Shown: in pieces, positions 21,392-32,396 of the stretch
Layout of the letters: each line of letters begins with the position of its first letter
How positions within the stretch are numbered: the stretch's first letter is position 1
Assembly: GCA_937625935.1 (NCBI GenBank)
Contig: OW569392.1
Coordinates: 248,001-312,000, forward strand
Reading direction: 5' to 3'
Length of the DNA stretch: 64,000 nt
Source of the DNA: Tetramitus jugosus
Lineage: Eukaryota > Protista > Heterolobosea
Position numbers and translations under genes: made by a program
The notes under the pieces: model-generated
Told to the model about the DNA's origin: nothing
Databases searched by the model: none
The model's input: only the letters and a program-made list of their open reading frames with translations

Positions 21392-24300
21392 ATGAACATC
21401 AACCAGCGGAGTTTTAGCTCTCACCAACAACAACTTCGGCCTTGGAATGGGTTTGGCTTCTCCCATTCTCTGGACATGGAAATGACAGATTATCATCCAA
21501 CATTCAATCCAAACAGTGAACCTGGTAAACCCATCAATTCCATCATTTTCAAATATTATGATGTGGAACGTTTGGAACAAAAATTATCAGTCAAAATGTA
21601 TGGAGCTTATTATGTCTGTTCTGCAGATATCTGTGGGTGCATCCAGTTTTTTGTTGGATGTTCCATTTTTTTTGTTGTCGTTTGAAATTTCAATTTTTGT
21701 TTACTTGATAATGATGTATATTCACTCTGCATGATCATCCATCATCGATCGAACACGCACACATATTTTGTGTGTCTATAGACATTCAATCGAAGGAGAC
21801 GTATCACAATTCTTTAAGCCATTGTACAATAGTGAGAGTGAGGCCTTTAGTGGATGCATGTATGTGGAAGTTCGTCTGGAACACAAGTCATTCTTTGGTA
21901 CGGGATTCAACAGTTTGCAAGACAATATTCCATTGTGCTTGCCCAAGAGAACTCGTTTTATTAATTGTATGGATAACAATTCGATGAGTGGTGGTAGTAA
22001 TAGTCATCATAGTAGTAGCAGTGCCACAGGCATGAATAATCAGAATAACATGAATACGGGTAGTGGTAGTGCAGGTGGAAAAGTGTGGGATGAGTGGATT
22101 CATTTTAAAGTCAAGTACAATGAACTACCAGAGGAAACTGTGGTACATTTTATTGTCTGGGACGTGAGTGAGCCAATGACACAGACTGTGATTGGAAGTG
22201 CTACTTTTCCCTTGTTCGGCAAGAAGGGTAAATTGAAGACTGGACCATTTAAAGTGTGTTTGAATTTGTTTGAGGAGGATTCGACAGAGTTGAGTTCTCA
22301 CCTACGTGCAGGTGACGATGATTTGGTGAAGATTGAACAGTTGGCTCGCTGTGTGTCATCTGAATACAGAATCGAGTGGCTTGATCGATACACTTTCCAG
22401 AAGATGAAACGGATAAAGCAACGAAGAGTGACAAACGGTTCGTGTAATACACTATTGTTGAATATTGAACTACCAATGTTTGAACATCCTGTGATGAATA
22501 GTCAGTTATTAGATATGAGTTCTCAAGGCTCGCAGCAGCTGAATAATGTGAATTCCCTGTCGGCATCAGAGTCAAGGACCGAAATTGATACATTGGCAGA
22601 ATCACCACGTGAGTCTCCCCCTGATATATTTGATGCCCTGGCAGGCTCGAGTCATTTTACATCAGAACAAATCCCATATGAATCAAGTAAGAGTAAGGGC
22701 AATGATCAATTTCGTGTCGAGTTTACCATGCGACAATTGGATTGGATCGATGATGGAGAGGTAAATCAGGAGAACTTGGTCGAGCAGAAACATTTGAAGT
22801 TGTCGATTGGTTTGTCGAGTGGTCTAACAGATCACGATTTGAAACCAAACGCAGAGCAAACGAGGAAAATACAACGAATTCTGGACTATCCACCTCTACA
22901 CGAAACATCTATCGAAGAGAAGAGTCTATTGTGGCGATTTAGATACTATTTGAGATCAAACAAGAGAGCATTGATTAAGTTCTTAAAATGTGTTGATTGG
23001 GGTTATATTAAAGAAAGTAAAGAGGCAACAAAACTTATTGAACAGTGGGCAGAGATTGGTACTGTTGATGCGTTGGCTTTGCTCAGTCGGTTCTTTAAGA
23101 ATGTGGGAGTTGTTCGAGATTATGCAGTAAATATACTGCGCAATGCTGAAGATGAAGAAATATTGGATGTGCTGCTTCAACTAGTGCAAGCATTGCGATA
23201 TGAAATTGATAGTTCTCAGGGTTCGTCTCTCATGAATCAAACAGGTCTCGAAAATTCCAATTTGGCCAAGTTTTTATTTATGAGAGCAACAAACAATTTC
23301 GTCATCGCCAATAATCTTTACTGGTACTTGAGTGTGGAGTCTGAGGGGCCAAAATGTGGTGCAATGTTTAGTGAGCTCCTACACAAGTTTAGTCTTTTTT
23401 TAAAGAAGAACAACCTGGAATATCTTGAGAAACTCTTGAGACAACACAGGCTTGTTCAGAAACTGAGGGAGCTCGGTAAATCGATCAAGCAATTAAAGGA
23501 GATTAGACCCAAGAAGGTAGTTGCACTGAAGAAAATTCTGGCTACAAGAGAAGCTCCATGGGACTGGGATGTCATCTTTACGTCAAGCATCTCACCAAAG
23601 TTCCCTTCGAGTCCACTTACGCTACCCCTATCACCCACAACACTCGTGACTGGTATTTATGAAGACAAGGCCAATATTTTCAAGAGTGCCATGAGTCCTC
23701 TTTTAATTCCTTTTAAGGAACATACGGGAGAAACATATCATACCATTTTTAAGACTGGTGATGATTTGCGTCAGGATCAACTCATTATCCAGCTCATCAC
23801 ACTCATGGATAAGTTACTCAAGAGAAATGGTTTGGATCTAAAGTTAACCCCCTATCCGGTACTGGCGTGTGGTCAATCCTATGGATTCGTAAGGTGTGTC
23901 TCTCCTAGCATCGCCATTTCTCAAGTCATTGCTCAAGGAGATATCAAGTCCTACCTCCGAAAGTACAATGATGATGATTCGTTCGATCAAGCCTGTCTCA
24001 ATTTCATTCATAGTTGTGCTGGCTATTGTGTGATCACATACATTTTAGGTATTGGTGATCGTCATCTGGACAATGTACTTCTCACTCCTAAGGGCCACAT
24101 GTTCCACATTGACTTTGGTTTCATCCTCGGTCGCGATCCAAAACCGTTTGCTCCACCAATGAAGTTATGTAAGGAAATGGTTGAAGGCATGGGAGGCTCA
24201 AACTCCGAGGGATATATTACCTTTAAACAATTGTGCTGTACCGCGTACAACATTCTCCGGAAGAATGCCGATTTGATCCTAAACATGTTTATTTTAATGG

Positions 24301-24536
24301 CTGACGCTTCCATTCCAGACATTGAGCACAATGCCAATTCGGCAAATGGTCAGTCAACAGGCAAAGCATTGGACCCCCTGAAGAACATGATGAAGGTACA
24401 AGAGAAGTTTAAACCGGAGCTCAACGATGCGCAAGCGATTATATTTATGCAGAGTATCATCAACGAGAGCGAGAAGGCGTTGTTCCCTCAGGTCACGGAA
24501 ACAATCCACAGGTGGGTGCAGTACTGGCGGAGCTAA
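21392..24536 (+). CDS. VPS34: Class III phosphatidylinositol 3-kinase Vps34; exons 21392-21597 and 21782-24536
   Basis: C2, helical and kinase domains: FKSAMSP, FKTGDDLRQDQL, GIGDRHLDN, HIDFGFILGRDPKPF, C-terminal IHRWVQYWRS. Intron 21598-21781 gives LSVKIHSIEG. Confidence 0.96.
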
Positions 24537-24683
24537 ATTAAGAGCCTTTTTTGTCATTCTCGACCTAAAAAATTGTTCCGTCGGTGAATCAGCTATACCG
24601 TACAGTTTCCAACAGCGAGTTGAAAACGCTGTGGTCCGACGTACCACTATTCGTGTGCGAATAACAACAATATTGGGAGAAGA

Positions 24684-27600
24684 ATGGGATTGAGAACTAT
24701 TGTTGATAAACGATTGTACATACTCTGTTTTACAATATTTGCAGCAACAATTCTTTTCAATGTCGGTCGGGTTCACTCTTTATCTCTCACATTTGGTCAG
24801 AGTTGTCCTCTCACAGGGGTTACTGCAGGCTTAGGTATCAATATGCGATATGGAATTCAAGCTGCTTTTCAACAGATCAATGATAATGGTGGTGTGAATG
24901 GTCACACGCTAGAGTTGGTTACCTTGGATGATGGATATGACCCAGGACCATGTCTGGACAACACGAAACAGTTTTTGCAGAACAGCACCATATTTGGCTT
25001 AATAGGTTATGTCGGTACTAGTTCATCTCAGACAGTTATTCCTTACACTGTGAATGCTTCAGTTCCTTTTATTGGTCCACTAACGGGAGGCGCCACAATT
25101 CGATATCCCTTTCGGAAACCAGTTTTTAATATTCGTGCTTCTTATGCAGGTATGTTTACATTCTGTTCAGATCTTTCGTGATGATATTTACAAGTGAGAT
25201 TAACCAACTTTCAGACGAAACTGCTGCAATGGTAAATTTTCTCATCAACACACTACAGAAACGGAGAATATCAATCATGTATCAAGATGATGCTTTTGGT
25301 TATGCAGGTTATGATGGTTTAGTAAATGCTCTTCGAGGTGTGAAGGTGCCCTTGAGGAGTGAGGGAAAGTTCCCTAGAAATACTTTGGCTGTTGAAGGTT
25401 TAGTAAGTACCATCGCAACAGGCAAGCCTGATGCCGTTGTCCTGATTGCCACTTATGCTGCCGCTGGAAAATTTATTCGTCTTGCCAGAGCGTCTGGCTT
25501 GTACAATTCTGATATCACATTCTTTACTGGCTCTTTCGTTAGCTCTGCATTGTTTGCTGAGGAAGTTGGAGAGGATTACAGGAATATTTATGTGACTCAA
25601 ATCGTTCCTTCTCCCGAGACAATAAGCATGAAAGCTGTCAGAGATTTTAGGGACGCTATGACTCAATATTTTCCTGGCGTTCCGTTGGATTATGTTTGTC
25701 TTGAGGGCTACCTCAGTGCCAATTTTGTGATCGAAGTTTTACGAAGACTAGCTGTCTTCACTCGTGACAATTTTATTGCGAGTGTCTATGATATTGGTGA
25801 ATATTTTTTTGGAGGTTTAAAGTATGGCCCATTTCGAGATTCTTGTTCAGACTCTGGCGATTGTGAGTGTAATCAAGGTCTTCGTAGTGTTTGGATGACT
25901 CAATTATCTGCAAACCACACCTACAGTATTATTCCAAGTGGGTATTGGTCATGGAGCACATGCCAGTCTGATCCAACCTCGATCAAAACTCCAATTATAT
26001 TTGGTCAAAGTGCTCCATTAACTGGCTCTTTAGAGTTTGTTGGAAATTCAATGAGGGCCGGTATTCTAAGCGCGTTTGCTGAATATAACGAAATAGGGGG
26101 ATTCAATGGACGCGTCTTACAGTTGATTTCTTTGGATGACATGTATGACCCAGCTAAAACAACGAATAATACAATTGACTTCATTCAACGAGAGGGGGTT
26201 TTTGGGCTGATAGGATATGTTGGTACTGCTACAACGTTGGGATCACTGGATATGATTAGAACTGCTAACATTCCGCTGATTGGGCCTTATTCAGGGAGTA
26301 GGTTACTTCGATCCCCATTCTCAGAGTTAAAGAATGTGATTAACATTCGTGCGTCCTATGATGACGAAGTAGCAGCAGTGGTAAAGTATCTAATCACTTA
26401 CAAGATGGTGTTTCGAATAGGAGTCTTGTATCAAAATGACTCATTTGGAACGTCCACGTTAGATGGTTTAATGAAAGCTTCAAATTCTCTAGGGATCTCT
26501 GTTGTTGCATTGGGAACATATTTGAGAAGTACTTTAGATGTAGAGAATGCTGTCGATTCTATTCTCGCATCTAAACCAGAGGCAGTTGTTTTGATTGGTC
26601 AAGCTAAACCATTAGCAAAGTTCATACGATTGGTGAGATATTCGGGAGTTGAAAATGCAGATAGAATAATCTTCGCTACCATCAGTTTTGCAGGATCAAC
26701 AAATTTTTCCAAATTGTTACTTGCAGATGGTACTACAAATGAGGTATTCATGACAGAAGCTGTCCCCTATCCATTTGATTCTAATATCCCAACTATAATG
26801 AAGTTTATGGAGCAGTTGAACAAAACTTCTCCGGATACTGCAGTTAGTTCAACTAGCCTTGAGGGTTACTTAGCAGGCAAATTAGTGACAAATGTTCTCT
26901 CTGAAATGGCTCTATTGTCAACTCCTCTAACTGCAAGTAATTTCATTAGTTCCTTGTATACTATCTCTTCTTTTTCATTTGGTGGAGTGACATTGGGCTC
27001 GTATATTGATGGTTGCAGTTCGCTTGGTGTGGTAGCTCCTGCGAAATTCAAAATTAGTTCATTATTGATTGGAACTTACAGACCCCCAGATATGAGTGCA
27101 ACCACGCGATCTATCATGAATTGCTGTAATCAGGGAATGAGAGAAGTAATAATGGTCAATATCTCATCTTCGGGAGCGTTTCAACTTATTCCTGAAGGGC
27201 ACTTGTCTCATCCACTCACGTGCAATTTGAATGTAGATTCGCTCAAGGCACCTATTACCTTCGGTTCTGACGCACCGATAGATCCGGATTCATCTCAGGT
27301 ACAATTTCATCAAGGCGTCTTGACTTCATTTTCGATAGTGAACTCTGCTGGTGGACTGGACGGAAGACGCTTGAATTTAAAATTCTATTCTGATAATGGA
27401 ACAGATGCTTCCTACATGTCCAACCTGGCGACCATGTTTTCTCAAGATAAAATCGAAGGAATTATAGGAACAAGAAAGAGCGCACCATTCGAGGAAATAC
27501 TGTCCCTTACCAATAGAACATTCCCGATAATAGCACCTCAAACTGGCTCCTCGCGGATTAGGAATAGTTATGTGAAGAATTTTATCCATGTTCGACCTTC

Positions 27601-29569
27601 CCTGAAAGACGAAGCAGCTTCGATAGCTACATTACTTACTAATTTTTTTACGTTCAGTGGAAGTATTGTTGTTTATGTTCAACCGAATGACCCTTATTGG
27701 ATTGAAGCTTTTAATGCTTTTTCTAAATACATGAGAACAGTACTGCGAAAGTCATTCCACTATGAGTACATTGATGAATCTACGTTCTCAGCAAGGCGCA
27801 TTACTGATTCATCAGAGTCGCACCAGAAAAAGAAAGCTGTTGTGATATTTGCGAGTGATGATGTCATTATTGCGGCATGCAAACACGAGCTCATTTCCTC
27901 TGATGATTCAAAGATTGTTCTGCCATACGATGTACATTTGGAGCATATCATCAGTGAAGTAATTCATAGTTTGAATTACAGTGATTCAACTTTCATGCGA
28001 TCGCGAATGATAGTGAGTACTTCTTTCTCTGAGGCTCGGCTTATGGAAAAAAATCCAGAGCTATATCGAACTTATTACTATCAGATGAAAGATAGCGGGT
28101 CACCGCTCACGATTCATGCTTTTGATGGATTCATGACAGGGCTGTTAATGATCGATGTGTTGTCCCGAGATTCAACGAGTAGCTCCTTGCTTGACAATCT
28201 CTACTCAAGTGGCGCTTTTTCGATTGGAGGACATACATTAGGACCTATTGGTCAGAAATGTGAATCAATCAATGCTCAGTGTGCATCTATAGCCTTTTGT
28301 AGTTGTAATCAGCTCGCAAGACAAGTTTTCCTCTTATCGGTCAACAATCCTGCAAACCTAGACTATCAATCCCTTTATACATTTGAATTTAAAACTTGCG
28401 GCGTCATCTTCCCGGTGGCAAAGATCAACTATACACCATTAATCATCGTATTGGTTATTGCATTCGCTATCCTAGTTTTTATTATGATTGTTGCTGCCAT
28501 TGGTGTCTGTCAATATTCAAGGCTGAAAGAAACAATGTATGCTCCTAAATCTGGCAATCTGGTTGTGGCATTTACAGATGTTCAAAGTAGTACAAAATTA
28601 TGGCAGAAGAATCCAAAAGAAATGGAGAAAGCTCTAAAAGTTCACAATCAAGCCATGCGAATACTAATCAATAGGTATGAGGGATTTGAGATAAAAACTC
28701 AGGGCGATTCTTTCATGGTGGCCTTCTCCTCTCCAGAGAATGCTCTTAATTGGGCCTGTTCTGTTCAATTAGCTCTTTTAGACCAGGATTGGTCTACGCA
28801 GCTAGTTTCGATGTATGATTGCCGAATACAATTCGACCGATACAAGAGATTGATTTACAAAGGTTTGCGTGTAAGAATCGGTCTGCATTTTGGCGAGGCT
28901 CAACGAATATTGGATCCAGTCACGAGACGTCCCGACTATTTTGGTACCACTGTCAATAAGGCAGCGCGATGTGAAGGAGAGGCAAAAGGAGGGCAGGTCT
29001 TGATAACTGAAGAATTTTTTCAACAAGTGACCCATATGTTGCAGTTCGAGGAAGATGATGCAACTGATGATACCCCTTCGATTATCTCATCACCATCTCA
29101 TAGCAGTACACCAAGTGGTAAAAAGAGAAGGAGAACGAAAAGTGGGAAGGATATTCTTTATCGGAGGGGAAGTATGGGTGGTCTCTCGGAAGATTCTGAT
29201 TCAACAAATCTCAACACCAGCGAAGATTATGTTTCTTGTCGACTATTAGGAACATTCCAATTGAAAGGACTCACGGAAAGAGCTATCTTGTACGAAGTAA
29301 TTCCATCGAGTCTAAAGTTGAGAACATTCGATAACTCGAAAGATTCCGATTTGCAAGCGCGGATAGACGAGTTTGTCGACAACAATCTAGCAATCGAACA
29401 TGATCAGCTACTAGGCAAGCTATCACAGAATCAAGTAGTTCCGGCGACCGAACACTTCTCTTCTGACAATCCATACTACCTAACTCTTGAGGTGACCCCA
29501 CAAAATGACGATGGACATCCTGTTGCGAGCACAGACTCGCTGGAGGAACACAATCAAGAAGAATTCTAA
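24684..29569 (+). CDS. Receptor-type class III adenylate cyclase with three LivK-like solute-binding ectodomains and one TM; exons 24684-25149 and 25215-29569
   Basis: Signal peptide; repeated FGQS.PLTG...LDD.YDP...FGLIGYVGT...NIRASY.DE units. Intron 25150-25214 restores NIRASYADE. TM, then FTDVQSST, EIKTQGDSFM, GLRVRIGLH, DYFGTTVNKAAR; the K and D residues indicate ATP specificity. Confidence 0.92.
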
Positions 29570-29574
29570 GTAAA

Positions 29575-30918
29575 TTATTCTAATATTTTATGTGTGTCAC
29601 ATAGATTCTTCTTGCTTCGTTTATACTTCCAAGTGTTCAATATTTGTTTTATCAAGTGCAAGGCTCGCTCTACTCTCAACAAATCACGTAAATAAATTCG
29701 AGTTTGTCCTGTATGATAGTACAACGCCAAGTTGTTTCGTCCATTGTTAGTTAGTTTGGAATTGTCATGTAAATCCAACCATTGAAAGTCTGGACTATGA
29801 CTATGTTTTCCATTCAACATAAACAGAAGAAACCTCTCCATTCCTGCATCTCCAATCATATTTTCAGAGAGATCGATTGTCCGGATCAGATTTTCACCAG
29901 TCAACAGTGAATAGGTTAGAAACTTGATTCCTTCGTCTCCTACTGAACATCCTTTCATAGATAGATGATGAATATTAGAAAAACTCGATCCTGTGCATAT
30001 TGAACGAAGTGTTTGATCTGTTAAAGAAACATTCTTGTTCAGTATCAGAGAATTCAACCGTTTCAAGATGGTAAAATACTTGGCTGATTCATCCGTAATG
30101 GCTGTTGAAGAAAGGTCTAAATGAGAGATTTGAGGGAGGTTCGAACATATTGATGCTACTCCTTGGTCAGTGATGTCATTGTATTGGAGTATTAACTTCT
30201 CGATAATGTTGTTTATCCCCAGCAATTGGGGCGACTGTATTAGATTGTATGAAAAATCCATGTAGCAACTTGATGTAAGGCTGATTATTGAACAAAATTG
30301 TTGATCATCAATACTGGCAGAGTGATAACCATCATATGAAGGACTAGCACTATTTTCGTCAGGTGTTTCAATTTCATTCGTTTTCTGTTCGTTCCTATTG
30401 CCATCGTTGGGATATTCTAGAGGCAGTACTGGTGTTTCATAGATAACGTGAGGAAATACCTTCCTTATTGTTCTTCTCTGATCATACTTAAAATATCCAA
30501 ACGACACCAACTCATTCCTCGAGTTGAATCTCTCGTCATCATGAACGAAAAAATAGGGATACCACATGAAATAATCCAATTGATACATGGATAATATATT
30601 CATAATCGCCTTATGCGGTAGTTTCGAAAACATTTGCCCGTCGTCAATGACCACATCATCGCTTTCCATGACATGAATATCTCGAGGATCCAACCATTTT
30701 GCTCTCTCAATTAAGTCATCTAATTCTTTCAGCTCTAATTGGATGTTCCGATGATTTAACATACTTTTCTCACCTAAGGTAGCTCTCTTCACAATAGAGA
30801 ACTCTTGATTGGAACCGTTGAGTCCTTTTCCTAACAAATGAACTGTTTCGAGCATTCTCTGCTCAAACCGTTGAATAATCGAGCTCATTCCATCAAGATA
30901 ATGAGCCATGTTGTTCAT
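29575..30918 (-). CDS. Leucine-rich repeat protein (RI/F-box-LRR-like repeats)
   Basis: LxxLxLxxNxIxDxG repeats (LILQYNDITDQG, IDLSENMIGDAG, LDLHDNSKL). First ATG at 30918. Confidence 0.78.
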   Translation of the reverse strand: MNNMAHYLDGMSSIIQRFEQRMLETVHLLGKGLNGSNQEFSIVKRATLGEKSMLNHRNIQLELKELDDLIERAKWLDPRDIHVMESDDVVIDDGQMFSKLPHKAIMNILSMYQLDYFMWYPYFFVHDDERFNSRNELVSFGYFKYDQRRTIRKVFPHVIYETPVLPLEYPNDGNRNEQKTNEIETPDENSASPSYDGYHSASIDDQQFCSIISLTSSCYMDFSYNLIQSPQLLGINNIIEKLILQYNDITDQGVASICSNLPQISHLDLSSTAITDESAKYFTILKRLNSLILNKNVSLTDQTLRSICTGSSFSNIHHLSMKGCSVGDEGIKFLTYSLLTGENLIRTIDLSENMIGDAGMERFLLFMLNGKHSHSPDFQWLDLHDNSKLTNNGRNNLALYYHTGQTRIYLRDLLRVERALHLIKQILNTWKYKRSKKNLCDTHKILE

Positions 30919-30952
30919 AAGAGTAAGTTGGTTCTGTCTTTGTTTCACCAAG

Positions 30953-30957
30953 AAAAA
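30953..30957 (-). terminator. Pol III oligo(T) terminator of tRNA-Met
   Basis: TTTTT on the minus strand 6 nt downstream of the tRNA 3' end. Confidence 0.7.
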
Positions 30958-30963
30958 GGTGTT

Positions 30964-31037
30964 TGCGGGTTGTGAGGATCGAACTCACGACCTTAGGATT
31001 ATGAGACCTACGCGACTACCAGCTGCGCCAAACCCGC
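30964..31037 (-). tRNA. tRNA-Met(CAT), elongator type, intronless
   Basis: Minus strand GCGGGTT-TG-GCGCAGCTGGTAGTCGCG-TAGGT-CTCATAA-TCCTA-AGGTC-GTGAG-TTCGATC-CTCAC-AACCCGC-A: perfect acceptor and T stems, TTC T-loop, no encoded CCA. Confidence 0.96.
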
Positions 31038-31067
31038 CTATATTTGGATGTCACCAATTTGGATATC

Positions 31068-31083
31068 ACACAGTGGTTTTGGT
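31068..31083 (+). repeat. Left target-site duplication ACACAGTGGTTTTGGT
   Basis: Identical to 32396-32411. Confidence 0.92.
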
Positions 31084-32396
31084 AAAAAACGCAGAGAAAA
31101 CGGCATCACATGTCTGGTGATTCAACAAATTTGGTGCAGGAATACGGCAACAGCCGTTATGCAGTGTGGACCACTGCACGGAAAGGCTCTAGGCCAAGTG
31201 ACAGAGAGGTCGTCATTACTGGCAACGGTAATGGTGTCTCTCAGTCATCTTTGGCAAGAAAGATAGGAGAGGAGTTTGGTGACTGGCTCAACCGAGTCCA
31301 GGTCATCAAGAGGAAAGGCCAGCAACGCTTTGTTGCATGGGTGACGGTCAAGGATGACCGCATCTATGACTTTGTTGAGTTGTTCAACAAAGAGAGGAGG
31401 ATTGGCAACAGCACTGCTGCACCCAAGCGCAGTGTTGATTGCACAAGAAAGGTGGTCGTCCATGGCATGAAGAACATGTCAGTGGACGACATCAAGAAGC
31501 TACTGGGGCCTGAGAAGGTTGCCAGTGTGCTCAAGAAGCGTGACACTGCTTTCGTGGTCATGGGTGATGAAACCTATGCACGAGCAGTGCTCAGCGGAGA
31601 GCAAAAGGTCAAGGCCACGGTCACTCGATACGTCGAGAGACCACATGATCCTCTCAAGGCTGTCAACAAGAGATTGACGAAGATGTACGAGGAGCTGCTG
31701 ACGGTGGTTGACGCACTGCGTCGACAGGTCACAGAACTCACCAAGGAATTGGCAAAGACAAAGGGTCAAGAGGGCAACAAACCGGTTCCGATACAGGAAC
31801 AAGAAGTTGTACAAAGAACTGCTCCTGGTCTAATGGAGACAGAAGAACAAAGGAGTGCAACACCACTACCAACAGTGCCTGTTGTACAGCTCAGCGCTGA
31901 AAATCGGCAAATTCTGGAGCAAGTGAATGCCACTTCTCCAGTGTTCGCAAGAGTGAAGAAGGAAATTGCTGCATTGGCACTTGCTGCTGCACGCAAAAGG
32001 TATGGTTTGACTGAGGACGAACCAGTCATTGTGGATGTGGATGATGACTCCGAAAAGGAGATTCAGAGTCCACAACTCAATGACAACAAGAAGAGGAGTG
32101 CCAGGATCACACTGGGTGATCTGATGAGCAACAAGGCCCAAAACAAGAAAACAACAACAGATGGCTCTGTGTCCATCGACGGTCCTACTACAAGGTTACG
32201 CTCTTTGATGAAGGGCATCAACCAAAACACTCACCAGAGTGATTATTCCAACCTGTAGGTGCACCGTCGGGGACAACAAGAGAAGAAGAGTGAATGACGC
32301 CCTACGGGTCGTCACTCACAAAACAAGTCAATAAATGAGCAATCGTGTGCTTGCTGCGCAAGCACACATGGTTGTATGGAACAAAAAAAAAAAAAA
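31084..32396 (+). mobile_element. Poly(A)-tailed retroposed element (ORF1-only, non-autonomous non-LTR retrotransposon candidate) upstream of tRNA-Met
   Basis: 15-16 bp TSD; A14 tail at 32383-32396; AATAAA at 32330; intronless single ORF. Spot count gives ~50% GC versus ~37% in the neighbouring gene. Confidence 0.85.
31110..32258 (+). CDS. ORF1/Gag-like nucleic-acid-binding protein: two RRM-like domains, coiled coil, disordered tail
   Basis: RRM-like units EVVITG...RFVAWVTV and KVVVHGM...DTAFVVMGDETYARAVL; heptads VNKRLTKMYEELLTVVDALRRQVTELTKEL; intact 382 aa. Confidence 0.72.
   Translation: MSGDSTNLVQEYGNSRYAVWTTARKGSRPSDREVVITGNGNGVSQSSLARKIGEEFGDWLNRVQVIKRKGQQRFVAWVTVKDDRIYDFVELFNKERRIGNSTAAPKRSVDCTRKVVVHGMKNMSVDDIKKLLGPEKVASVLKKRDTAFVVMGDETYARAVLSGEQKVKATVTRYVERPHDPLKAVNKRLTKMYEELLTVVDALRRQVTELTKELAKTKGQEGNKPVPIQEQEVVQRTAPGLMETEEQRSATPLPTVPVVQLSAENRQILEQVNATSPVFARVKKEIAALALAAARKRYGLTEDEPVIVDVDDDSEKEIQSPQLNDNKKRSARITLGDLMSNKAQNKKTTTDGSVSIDGPTTRLRSLMKGINQNTHQSDYSNL

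Noticed and set aside
32141-32160. CTGATGAG as a hammerhead ribozyme core in the retroelement
   Set aside because: No properly placed GAAA or stem II, and it lies within coding sequence.
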